The position numbers were made by a program, and so were the translations under genes. The notes beneath the pieces are model-generated. The model did not search any database and was not told the DNA's origin. It saw nothing but the letters and a program-made list of their open reading frames with translations. Below are positions 1-8,484 of a stretch of 64,000 bases of DNA, piece after piece. Position 1 is the first letter of the stretch. Each line of letters begins with the position of its first letter. Where the stretch lies: contig OY761558.1 of NCBI GenBank assembly GCA_963664725.1, positions 2,156,414 through 2,220,413 on the forward strand, written 5' to 3'. This stretch comes from Dehalococcoidia bacterium (GTDB lineage: Bacteria; Chloroflexota; Dehalococcoidia; Lucifugimonadales; UBA3495).

Positions 1-79
1 CTTGACGTGCGCCGTGCCTTGCCGGCTTGCATACCCAACTCGAAACCCCACTCCCAGACCCTCCGGTATTCGCCCGCGC

Positions 80-823
80 CTAGACATTTATCGTAGTCCA
101 GTCTGTCGGAGGGAGGTTCACTGCATCGCCCGGCGTGCTGCGGGAAATGGCAGAGACGGACTTGCTGAGCCAGACAAAGAAATCACTGAACCGAAGGTTG
201 TCCAGCTGCTGGGGCTGAAACCTGGAGTTGGGGTTGGGCAGCACCCGGAGCATGGCCTGGACTGCCTCGGCGTTTACCCCAACCTTGAAAATGGTCAGCC
301 TGCTCTCATTTTCCATGTCAACCAGGCGCTGGTTGGCGATTGCCATTTCGTTTCGAGGGCTGGTGGGCAGCCCATCGCTGAACAGGACCAAAATGGGCCT
401 GAAGTAGGGAACCCCGTTCCGGCGATATTGTTCTTTCCGCTCCTCCAGCAGGTCGCAGCCCTGTTGGATCGCCAGGTGCATATTGGTGGCGCCCCGGGCT
501 GCCATCCGCGTACGCCCTTCGTCGGAGACTGTCCCGAAGTCCCGCTCCACGCGGGCTTCGGTGCTGAAGGACAGCAGGGCCACCTCGACCCTGTTGCGGG
601 CGATTTCATCGTCAATGACAGCCCGGTACAGGTCCTCGACCCCCTGGTTCATAGCATCAATGGGACGGCCCCCCATGGAACCACTGCAGTCGGCAATGAT
701 CAAAACGGGACAGCGGGGCTCTGGGTTGTCGGCGAACTCCAGGTCCCCCAGTTCGTCCTCGAACATCAGGTCTTCTTCGTCGGTCATTTCAGAGGAGAGA
801 TTCTCCTCCACTGAGTCACTCAT
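80..823 (-). CDS. von Willebrand factor A (vWA) domain protein, TerY-like
   Basis: MIDAS-type DxSxS motif (DCSGSM) after an acidic N-terminal tail. The overall layout is vWA/TerY-like. GGAG lies 7 nt upstream of the ATG at 823 (MSDSVEEN), so the 904 start in the ORF track is probably too long. Confidence 0.8.
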   Translation of the reverse strand: MSDSVEENLSSEMTDEEDLMFEDELGDLEFADNPEPRCPVLIIADCSGSMGGRPIDAMNQGVEDLYRAVIDDEIARNRVEVALLSFSTEARVERDFGTVSDEGRTRMAARGATNMHLAIQQGCDLLEERKEQYRRNGVPYFRPILVLFSDGLPTSPRNEMAIANQRLVDMENESRLTIFKVGVNAEAVQAMLRVLPNPNSRFQPQQLDNLRFSDFFVWLSKSVSAISRSTPGDAVNLPPTDWTTINV

Positions 824-1155
824 CAGGTTTCTCCTTTGCTTTTCCCTCGACAGTTTGGATCTAGAATGCCACCTTGTCGCTGGCCACCAGGATGGCCCCC
901 GCAATAATGGATGCCGCGATAATCACCGTTCTCCGTTGGCCAAATAGTCTTTCTCTGGCATCCAGGAACATGGCCACCACCAGGACAGCCCAAACTATTA
1001 GAAGTACATTGACCTCCTGGAGGTTCAACTCCTTTGTGTGATATTGAACGGCCTCGCGGCCGACCGATTACGCAAGTAATCCGGCAAGGACAATGTCGAT
1101 AGAGCTCTCCCCTTTGACCTTCTAAACCCGTGGCTTTCGCTTGGCAATCAAGGCT

Positions 1156-1968
1156 CTATCTTGCATCCATTTCGTATCGGGAGGTGATACTGGAGACGTG
1201 AGGATAAACTGGCAACGGGTTCTTACCGTCCCACCACCGGAATGATTCGAACTCTCTGCTACGTATCGTGGGTTCTCCCCCAGCGAAAACGAGAACCACC
1301 TTGTGGTGGTTGCGACTGTCTCCCCGAGTGTAATCGAAGAGCCTTTCGGCCCGGTAGGGCTTCATACCCAGCGTCTCTTCCAAGCCCCGGCATGCGGCGG
1401 TGAGAGCCGCCTCGTGTCCCTCGATACCCACCCCGGGCAGGGAATACCTTTCCTCTCCCTTCCGCCTTACCAGGAGGTACCCGTCCTCCCTTACGACCAG
1501 TGCCGTGGCCCGCTGTAACTTGCGCTCGCCGGTTTCTCCGGACCTTACCGCTTGTTTAGGGGAAGAATAATCCCGTTCCGGCTGGGCCCTGCCGTTCTTT
1601 ATGTCGTTCCACAAACCCAGCGCTTTTCTGTCTCCCCCAAAGGCCAGGTCCTCTGGTTTGATCCTTTCAGGGTTGCGCCAGCGGACGTCCAGGCACTCCC
1701 TGCGCTGGAATTTCAATCTTCCGCCCACCGGCTGTCCCACAAACACCTTGACCGGGTTTCGGTCGCCGGTGAACAACCGGTGTGAGATCTTGACGATGAT
1801 GCCGGTTTCTTCCCTGGTCTCACGGTACGCAGCGTGGCGACTGCTCTCTCCCGGGTCCACCAGTCCGCCTGGCAATGACCATTTCCCTTTTTCTCTTCCG
1901 TAAGCCCGTTGTACAAAAAGTATTTCACCCTTGTCGTTTTCTACCAGGCAAAATGCTGCTTTCTTCAT
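1156..1968 (-). CDS. tandem Nudix-domain hydrolase (canonical first Nudix box, degenerate second)
   Basis: The first box GLVDPGESSRHAAYRETREETGI fits GX5EX7REUXEEXGU exactly. The second region PGVGIEGHEAALTAACRGLEETLGM is Nudix-like but deviates (RG for RE, ET for EE). The likely start is the ATG at 1968 (MKKAAF), because the TTG at 2040 coincides with a -35-like TTGACC. Confidence 0.8.
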   Translation of the reverse strand: MKKAAFCLVENDKGEILFVQRAYGREKGKWSLPGGLVDPGESSRHAAYRETREETGIIVKISHRLFTGDRNPVKVFVGQPVGGRLKFQRRECLDVRWRNPERIKPEDLAFGGDRKALGLWNDIKNGRAQPERDYSSPKQAVRSGETGERKLQRATALVVREDGYLLVRRKGEERYSLPGVGIEGHEAALTAACRGLEETLGMKPYRAERLFDYTRGDSRNHHKVVLVFAGGEPTIRSREFESFRWWDGKNPLPVYPHVSSITSRYEMDAR

Positions 1969-2010
1969 TGAAGTCGTCCCATCGGATTCGTGGTGGAATT
2001 GATTGACAGC

Positions 2011-2040
2011 ACTATAAATCCGGGCTAACCAACTGGTCAA
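2011..2040 (-). promoter_or_regulatory. putative sigma70-type promoter of the Nudix gene
   Basis: The minus strand reads TTGACC, a 17-nt spacer, then TTATAG/TATAGT, about 40 nt upstream of the ATG at 1968. Confidence 0.35.
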
Positions 2041-2105
2041 TTTTAGCGCAGCCGTAGGGAAGGAGAAAACCGCTTGAAGACGGGGAAAGTTTCAAGCCAC
2101 CGCTA

Positions 2106-3680
2106 CTACGGGTCTGCATCGTAAGTATCCGGGGGAAGGACCTTGTAAAACATGGAATGCTCCGACACGACCACGTCTTCCCCCAGGTGCTTCCCCCAGA
2201 CTATTACCGAATACACTCCTGGCCCGTGCGACTCCAGGACTGGTCCGATGTCCGCCCGGACCGCTAGCTGTTCCCCTTTGGCGACCCAGTGGGAGGCGGT
2301 TACCCAAGGGACTCTGATATTCCGAACTGTGCCCATGTTGCTTGCGTCAAAGGCTTCCTGCCATACCCGGTTGGCTTCCTCGGGGGACCGTGGCGCAGGT
2401 GCGTCCGCCGGGACATCGTAAGGGCTCGGACATGGTTCATAGGTCTCCTGGTAAGAGGAGGTCGGCCAGTAGGCGTTGCCGGTCAGCGGTTCTCTCAGTC
2501 CCGCCACCCTCAGACCGCTGTCATAGCAATAGGTGCGTGACACCTGCCCTTGCGTGAGCCCGGACGGCGGCGGGTCGTAGTAGACCTGTACACCCAGGTC
2601 CCTCGGTCTGCTAAAAGTCAATCCGTTCTTCGTTCTGCCCGAAAAGGACAACACGCCGTCGACAAGGGCTGGGGTCTTGTCGTATTCCACGTAGTCCCCC
2701 TCAAAGTGCTGGTACATTGCAACGTTGTACCGGTCCCATGCAATGCCTATGTTCACTTTCCGGTGCCAGGGGTCAAGTATGTTGCCACGGTGTCCAGGGC
2801 TGCCCATCCATCCTGCCATGGTCTCTTCGATTTCACTCCTTATATTGGACAGAGGCCGGTACCCTTGGAAAGACCTGATGCAGTAGTCCAGTCCGCTCCC
2901 GTTTTCCCCGTTTGATTGATAACCCCCGGCTAGGCTGTACCTCATGTATGGCTTTAGCCCGTCAATACCCCAGTGGGAGGAAAAGCAGTTTTCCAGTGCC
3001 GCCTCAGCATGAATTTGGGCGGCGATGTTGTTCCCCAGTGTAACCGGGTTCAGGCCTGCCTGCTCGCGTCGGACATTAATCAGCTGCAGCATGTAGAGCT
3101 TCTCTTCTCTGTGTCTCTCGCTTGGGCTTCGAGAAAGTCCAGCCATCGGAGAATTCAGGGAGGAGCTCTCGGGTTCCGCGGGGACTCGCTCCCCCGTTGT
3201 GGAATCCGGCAATCGGTCCGACATTGCTCTTTCGGCCGGGGCCTTCTCGTCGCCAGCCTCGGAATACCTGTTTGTGATTTCCCGCCCTATTGAGGCCAAC
3301 TGGGCCGGCAACTGCTGCCAATCTATGTCCTGCCGCTCTGCCAACCAGTAGAGGCCAGCGGCAAGCGCCACCAGCAGGAACAGCCAGAAGACGGGGAACC
3401 TCTTCCGCCGCGGCCGGTTTCTGGCAGTCCCTCTGCTGCTAGATATCCTGCGACTCCTTTCCATTCGTGGGATGTCTTTGGCCAGCACGTACGTCTCCGT
3501 GCTGACCGATGCGACACCAGGGGACAGCTGGATATTCTTCAGTGCAGGTGAATCAAACTTTCTGCGGCAACTGCGACATCTCCAGAGAAAGTGTCGGTGT
3601 TTCTGGCGACGAAGATGGATGCGCGTGCTGCGGCAGTAAGGGCATGTTCCTACTTCATTCGTAATCTGACGATTCCGCAT
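2106..3680 (-). CDS. membrane-anchored CAP/SCP (YkwD-like) domain protein with N-terminal zinc ribbon
   Basis: N-terminal CPYC...CRSC zinc ribbon and one TM helix (FPVFWLFLLVALAAGLYWLA). The CAP signature region is INVRREQAGLNPV...SHWG...GENG...GWMGSPGHRGNILDPWHRKVNIGIAW. An uncharacterised tail of about 200 aa follows. Confidence 0.7.
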   Translation of the reverse strand: MRNRQITNEVGTCPYCRSTRIHLRRQKHRHFLWRCRSCRRKFDSPALKNIQLSPGVASVSTETYVLAKDIPRMERSRRISSSRGTARNRPRRKRFPVFWLFLLVALAAGLYWLAERQDIDWQQLPAQLASIGREITNRYSEAGDEKAPAERAMSDRLPDSTTGERVPAEPESSSLNSPMAGLSRSPSERHREEKLYMLQLINVRREQAGLNPVTLGNNIAAQIHAEAALENCFSSHWGIDGLKPYMRYSLAGGYQSNGENGSGLDYCIRSFQGYRPLSNIRSEIEETMAGWMGSPGHRGNILDPWHRKVNIGIAWDRYNVAMYQHFEGDYVEYDKTPALVDGVLSFSGRTKNGLTFSRPRDLGVQVYYDPPPSGLTQGQVSRTYCYDSGLRVAGLREPLTGNAYWPTSSYQETYEPCPSPYDVPADAPAPRSPEEANRVWQEAFDASNMGTVRNIRVPWVTASHWVAKGEQLAVRADIGPVLESHGPGVYSVIVWGKHLGEDVVVSEHSMFYKVLPPDTYDADP

Positions 3681-3992
3681 AACTGCATACGAGCTGACTG
3701 AGCGCCCGCTTCTCCAAAATACTAACGCAGGTCCGTTCTTAGCTTGCCGGATTCATTGCCCTGTCATCCATTACAGCCTGGCAAGCTATCATAGTCATCT
3801 AAAAGGATCTAGACAAAGGCGCTTGCTTGAGTGGAATAAGTTCGACTGCCACCTCAATGGTGATACTGAATATATGAGGGTGAGAACCAAAGGAAAGATT
3901 CTCCCCGAAGTCCAGCGAATAGTAATATATTGCGACTTGCAAGAGCAGCTTGAAGGAAGCACGACAAGAAATTCTGTTTCCCGTTAAAGGAC

Positions 3993-4463
3993 ATGTTACG
4001 ACCTGCCGCAACTGCCAAAAGAATCAGCCACACACCTGAAAAGGACCTAGCCGACATGACAATGGACCAAGTCCAACGAACAATCAGAACCATTCGGTCC
4101 AAGACCGACCCCGAAGCCGAGGGCGTAGCCCTTTACATCGGGTCCCAGTCCGGCGAGGCCCTCCAGGCCATAAGGCCAGCCGGAGAACTGCTGGACCGGA
4201 ACACACCGGTCTTTGGGCTTTCACCCCGCCAGATCGGCCGGAGAGTAAGCCCCGCGGCAAAGGCCGCAGTCCTGGGCGACGGGTTCACCGGTCCCAGCGG
4301 CCGCGTGGGCATGGCCCAGGACCTGGGCAAGACCGGCGCCGAGCTTCCGGCCCTCATGACAGCAAGCCGGTGGAAGAGCTCCACCATGCCGGCGAGATAT
4401 ACCGAACGTCAGGCGGCCGACCGGGGCGCCGTGGCCAGATTCTACCAAAACGGCAAGGAATAA
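3993..4463 (+). pseudogene. tyrosine recombinase/integrase, 5'-truncated C-terminal fragment (copy C1)
   Basis: Peptide RSKTDPEAEG...FGLSPRQIGRRVSPAAKAAVLGDGFTGPSGRVGMAQDLGKTGAELPALMTASRWKSSTMPARYTERQAADRGAVARFYQ matches the box II / Tyr region of phage-type integrases. The box I Arg region is absent and the HxxR His is replaced by Pro. Confidence 0.7.
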
Positions 4464-4631
4464 GAGCGCACAGACACATCTGGGAACCAATACGTCAAGG
4501 CAACGCTGCACCCATGCATGCACACGCCAACTCACCCACGCATACGCGCGGGTCTATTCTCTGCCGGACCATTCCTATTGGATAGCGACATAGCGACCAA
4601 AGTGAGAAACAAAGTGACGTAAGATTGTTTT

Positions 4632-4660
4632 TTGACCAAAGCCCAGACTCTAGATATACT
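4632..4660 (+). promoter_or_regulatory. putative sigma70-type promoter for the peptidase/LRR gene
   Basis: TTGACC (4632-4637), an exact 17-nt spacer, then TATACT (4655-4660), in an AT-richer intergenic patch about 90 nt upstream of the ATG at 4750. Confidence 0.5.
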
Positions 4661-4749
4661 CGCCTTGCAAGAGCAGGTAGTATTGCTCAAATTGCTCCAG
4701 TATCCCGCCTTAACCATTTCCTTTGAATTGTTGATGCAAGGAGGGAACT

Positions 4750-6408
4750 ATGAAGGCTTTGCCAATCATCGCTGGAGTGGCGGTTGTTTTCCTAGTCTTG
4801 GCCGGTTTTGCAGTCTTCCTGGTTACGCGCGGCGACGACAGTAGGCAAGCCGAAACCACCCCCTCGAATTCGATGGCAACAGACCAGCCTGGAGACTCAG
4901 GCCCTTCCGTTAGCCCAGGCCCAGGCTCACCCGGAACCGAGACGGCCCCGCAGGTGGCCGAGTCCCCAGGTCAAACGCAGGAAGGCATAATTGTCTCCCC
5001 CACCACCAATCGGGTGGGAGGACCAACTACCGGAGAGTTCTCTCCTGTCATACTTCAGGGAGAAGGCGAAGCGCCGCAGCACCCTTGGCAGGAAGACGGG
5101 CTGACCGACCTGGAATCCGACGTAGCCGCCAACCTGACAGAGATCAACAGCATCGCACCCCAGGCCGGGACCGCCCTGGCAGGCGTTGGGTGGCTGGCCG
5201 ACGAGATGACCCTGGACGAGGGCGTCGCCTTGACCTACATCAGAGATATCGCCGCCCGCGATCCGGACCTGGCCCTTACGGTGGTGAACCTCCCTTGGAT
5301 CGACGACGACCAATTGGAGGAAGAGGAAGAGTCGGTGCTGGTCCAACTCAGTGAAATTGCAACCGTCCATCCGAAGCTGGCCCTAAGCCTGGCCGGCTCT
5401 CCCCTGCTGAGCGGTGAAGTTACCCTGTCCGAGGAAGCAACCATTTCCATAGTGCAGGGTGTTGCCGCCGATGACCTCGAACTGGCCCAGCGCATGGCAG
5501 AGTCTCCGGAGTTAGCCGACGGTATTGATGCAACCGAACTGGCTGCCTTCACCGGCAGCGATAACTACTTTCTGGACCAGATAAAACTGCTTAGCCCTGC
5601 CTTGGCAGATATTTTAGAGGGCTACGCCTGGGTTACTTCACTTACCAGCCGCAACCCGTCGCAAGAGGACGATTCGCAACGGTACGAGAGGTACGTTCTG
5701 GGAGACCTGTACTGGCTTGCCAGGCTGGACCCTGCACTGGCAGAGCGCGTGGGAGGCTATCCCTGGCTAGCCGACGGGGTGACCGACCTGGAATCCAGGA
5801 TCCCGTCGACTCTCGAATACACGGCTAGGAACAATCTGGAGGTAGCCCGGCGTGTGGCGGGGTTCCCCTGGATGGTCGAGCAGCCGACCAGGGATCACCT
5901 GGTGGCAAACTACCAGGTCTGGCGCCTCACGAAATACTCCCCAGCCCAGGCCGATACCCTGATGAACCAGGGATGGTTCCAGGACGACATAGTCGACTCG
6001 GAAGGAGCATTACTTACCGTATTGCGCGTGGGCTGCAATTTTGAGAGCTACTGCCAGCAACTGATTGAGGCCGGCCAGGTGGAGTCAAAGGTTCTCTCCC
6101 GGCCGACGGGCGACGTAAAGGTGTTCGCGGTAAGCCGCTCTCCCCTGGGAGAAGCCGCAGAGTTCATATTCGATGGCACCCAACTCACCATAGACGGGAT
6201 GGAGGAGCTAATTGGTCCGGCCTGGCCACAGCCCAGGATCGTTGTGTACCTGGAACCGGAGTTCAAGTACATATCCGATATCGGGGGATTCAACAGCCGT
6301 GGTATGGTGATGATTTCCGAATCCCCCCTCTCGGGAGGCTATATCGCGTGGGGCACTCTGTTCCATGAGCTGGCCCACTATTATGGTTATCACGCCCGGG
6401 CCAAGTGA
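4750..6408 (+). CDS. membrane-anchored repeat protein with MA-clan (HExxH) metallopeptidase motif; N-terminal part of an interrupted gene
   Basis: N-terminal TM helix and a Pro/Ser/Gly-rich linker. About five repeats of roughly 45 aa each end in a PW motif (NLPWIDDD, GYAWVTS, GYPWLADG, GFPWMVEQ). LFHELAHYY sits near the C-terminus. The ORF ends at a TGA that is in frame with the next ORF. Confidence 0.75.
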   Translation: MKALPIIAGVAVVFLVLAGFAVFLVTRGDDSRQAETTPSNSMATDQPGDSGPSVSPGPGSPGTETAPQVAESPGQTQEGIIVSPTTNRVGGPTTGEFSPVILQGEGEAPQHPWQEDGLTDLESDVAANLTEINSIAPQAGTALAGVGWLADEMTLDEGVALTYIRDIAARDPDLALTVVNLPWIDDDQLEEEEESVLVQLSEIATVHPKLALSLAGSPLLSGEVTLSEEATISIVQGVAADDLELAQRMAESPELADGIDATELAAFTGSDNYFLDQIKLLSPALADILEGYAWVTSLTSRNPSQEDDSQRYERYVLGDLYWLARLDPALAERVGGYPWLADGVTDLESRIPSTLEYTARNNLEVARRVAGFPWMVEQPTRDHLVANYQVWRLTKYSPAQADTLMNQGWFQDDIVDSEGALLTVLRVGCNFESYCQQLIEAGQVESKVLSRPTGDVKVFAVSRSPLGEAAEFIFDGTQLTIDGMEELIGPAWPQPRIVVYLEPEFKYISDIGGFNSRGMVMISESPLSGGYIAWGTLFHELAHYYGYHARAK

Positions 6409-6420
6409 ATTGTTGAGGGA

Positions 6421-7713
6421 GTGACCAGCTTCTTCGATTCCTACATCTTCTTCGCTGCAGGCGTCGACACCATCAAAGACCAGTACGACCGGTCTCAAAA
6501 GGCGGTGGAGATCGCGTGCATTCGTCAGGGTCAGCCGAACATATACCAGCGAATACTGGCCACCAGGGACTGGACCCGAGCAGAATGGTTATGGAAGAGG
6601 GGCTGCGACTACTACTTGGGTGAGCGCTTTATGCATGCACTCTACATAGACCTCGGCCACGATATGGTAGCCGGGTCGCTGCAAGAATTGCACAGAAGAC
6701 CCGGCGAGAGGCGGTCGCCACTCACTGAGGAGAACATCTATGACATCTTCCTGTCCCACACCCCCTCGGAAAAGACCCAGCTGTTCCAGGACATCTACAC
6801 CTGCTTTCACGGTATGCCCGTATCCGGACAGATCCCGTCTCCCAGCGCCGACTGCGACAACCTCCCTTTGGGTCCGGGTACAGAGGTGAGAGATCCCACC
6901 CTGTTGGTCGAAGCCCTGACCCCCGGCCCCCGACCAACGCCCACCCTCTCGGCCCAAGGCCTGGACGACCGGAAAACCCTGCTGGCAATAGACGATGCCA
7001 TTAACAACGTGACCTCTTGGAAAGAAACCGACCAGATGAACCTGCCCCTCGAAAGCTGGAGGGGCGTCTTCGCCACCGACGAGGCGGGGAATGTCACCGG
7101 CCTCAACCTCAACAACACCCGCATAGACGGTCCCATTCCCCCGGAAATAGGAAACCTGGTCCACCTGGAATGGCTGACAATAACCAGCGCTCACTTGACC
7201 GGGCCATTGCCCCCTGAACTGGGCAACCTGGTCAACCTGACCAAACTGGAACTGAACGCCAACCGGATCACCGGGCCTCTGCCCCCGGAACTGGGCAACC
7301 TGGTCAATCTCCAGGAACTGAACCTTCAGGTAAATGAGGTGGACGGTTCGTTGCCCCCGGAACTGGGCAAATTGACCAGCCTGACATCGATGAACTTTGA
7401 ATCAAACAGGCTGACGGGTTTCATCCCTTCCGAGTTCGGCAACCTCACAGCCCTGGAGAAGCTCAACTTGCGAAATAACCAGTTGACCGGTTCGCTGCCC
7501 CCGGAACTGGGCAACCTGGTCAATTTGATCGACCTGGGCCTGGGAACAAATCAGCTAAGTGGGGAGATACCGGCCGAACTGGCAAGGCTGGAGAACCTCC
7601 GGGGATTTTCTTTGCGAGCCTTCGGTGATAACGAATTCACTGGATGCGTGCCGGCCGGGTCGCCTGACATCGTGGCGAAGGAAATGTATAGACTGAAATT
7701 GCCGGATTGCTAG
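6421..7713 (+). CDS. leucine-rich repeat (plant-type 24-aa LRR) domain; C-terminal part of the same interrupted gene
   Basis: Eight or more repeats of the type LTGPLPPELGNLVNLxxLxLxxNx. It is in the same frame as 4750-6408, separated by a single TGA at 6406-6408, and has no RBS of its own. Confidence 0.75.
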   Translation: MTSFFDSYIFFAAGVDTIKDQYDRSQKAVEIACIRQGQPNIYQRILATRDWTRAEWLWKRGCDYYLGERFMHALYIDLGHDMVAGSLQELHRRPGERRSPLTEENIYDIFLSHTPSEKTQLFQDIYTCFHGMPVSGQIPSPSADCDNLPLGPGTEVRDPTLLVEALTPGPRPTPTLSAQGLDDRKTLLAIDDAINNVTSWKETDQMNLPLESWRGVFATDEAGNVTGLNLNNTRIDGPIPPEIGNLVHLEWLTITSAHLTGPLPPELGNLVNLTKLELNANRITGPLPPELGNLVNLQELNLQVNEVDGSLPPELGKLTSLTSMNFESNRLTGFIPSEFGNLTALEKLNLRNNQLTGSLPPELGNLVNLIDLGLGTNQLSGEIPAELARLENLRGFSLRAFGDNEFTGCVPAGSPDIVAKEMYRLKLPDC

Positions 7714-7899
7714 GCAAGCCAAGAGTACAGGGGCGACCAATGCCGCCGCATGGACATCCTGCCAGACCTGCATTCAGGACCGTAGAGTCTTCACCTTACC
7801 GGCAACAGAACCGGTTATCGCCGCCTCTCCGTGTCCATCATCTCCTCCCACCCCATGGCCCCGGCCGCGACCTACCAGAGCGCCGGACTCCCAAGTAAC

Positions 7900-8158
7900 A
7901 TCGGTCTTCCGGATCTCGCCCCGCCAGATCGGCCGGAGAGTCAGCGCTGCGGCAAGGGCCGCAGGCCTAGGAGAAGGATTCACCGGCCACAGCGGCCGTG
8001 TCGGAATGGCCCAGCACCTGGCCAACACCGGCGCAGAGCTCCCGGCGCTCATGACCGCAGGCCGATGGAAAAGTTCAACCATGCCGGCCCGGTATACTGA
8101 ACGCCAGGCTGCCGACCGGGGCGCCGTGGCCAGGTATTACCAGAATCCGACGGATTGA
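7900..8158 (+). pseudogene. tyrosine recombinase C-terminal fragment (copy C2)
   Basis: My translation is RQIGRRVSAAARAAGLGEGFTGHSGRVGMAQHLANTGAELPALMTAGRWKSSTMPARYTERQAADRGAVARYYQNPTD*. HxxR, W and the nucleophile Tyr are retained, but everything N-terminal of this is missing and there is no start codon. Confidence 0.7.
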
Positions 8159-8190
8159 GAACGCCTCGACACATATACCCCTCTACGCCT

Positions 8191-8394
8191 CTATGCACCA
8201 ACGCGCTGCCGCCGCCGCGAAGCCCCAGTCCCAGGCTCCGCCACGGCTATACCCTGCCCCTCCAGGCACTCCCTGATCGCAGCCTCTCCAATCTCCGAGA
8301 GATTCATGCCAAGTTCCCACTGGGCAGTGTGGAGCGCAAACCTGGCCTCTTCCCAGAAACCGCTAACAAGTACATGTACCGCAAGAATACACAC
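8191..8394 (-). CDS. small hypothetical protein, possibly ribbon-helix-helix-like
   Basis: 67-aa ORF. The segment LGMNLSEIGEAAIRECLEG resembles the helix-helix part of CopG/RHH proteins. The match is weak and from memory only. Confidence 0.3.
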   Translation of the reverse strand: MCILAVHVLVSGFWEEARFALHTAQWELGMNLSEIGEAAIRECLEGQGIAVAEPGTGASRRRQRVGA

Positions 8395-8484
8395 CTGGGC
8401 ATCTCAGCCCGAATTACTCGGGCATCCTGACGCGTATGCCTTCATTGCACACTATTGTCTGGGTAGGGTGCGTTTCTTCATTAG

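Noticed and set aside
2-814. 270-aa plus-strand ORF at the window start, and long ORFs at 20189-21232, 21272-22264, 22562-23503, 33980-34864, 36091-36870, 38316-38945, 40268-41086, 41763-42530, 43642-44460, 45832-46440 and 55039-56157
   Set aside because: Each is antisense or out of frame to a gene with strong family evidence. They are shadow ORFs expected at this GC content.
6406-6408. Genome-wide UGA reassignment (Trp/Gly codes) or selenocysteine at the in-frame TGA of the peptidase gene
   Set aside because: Many well-supported genes in the window stop at TGA at the expected protein end, so UGA is a normal stop here. I saw no obvious SECIS-like hairpin directly downstream. The nearby SelA-like gene lacks the SelA N-terminal domain and looks like the DgaE-type paralog. 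A TGG-to-TGA mutation is the simplest explanation.
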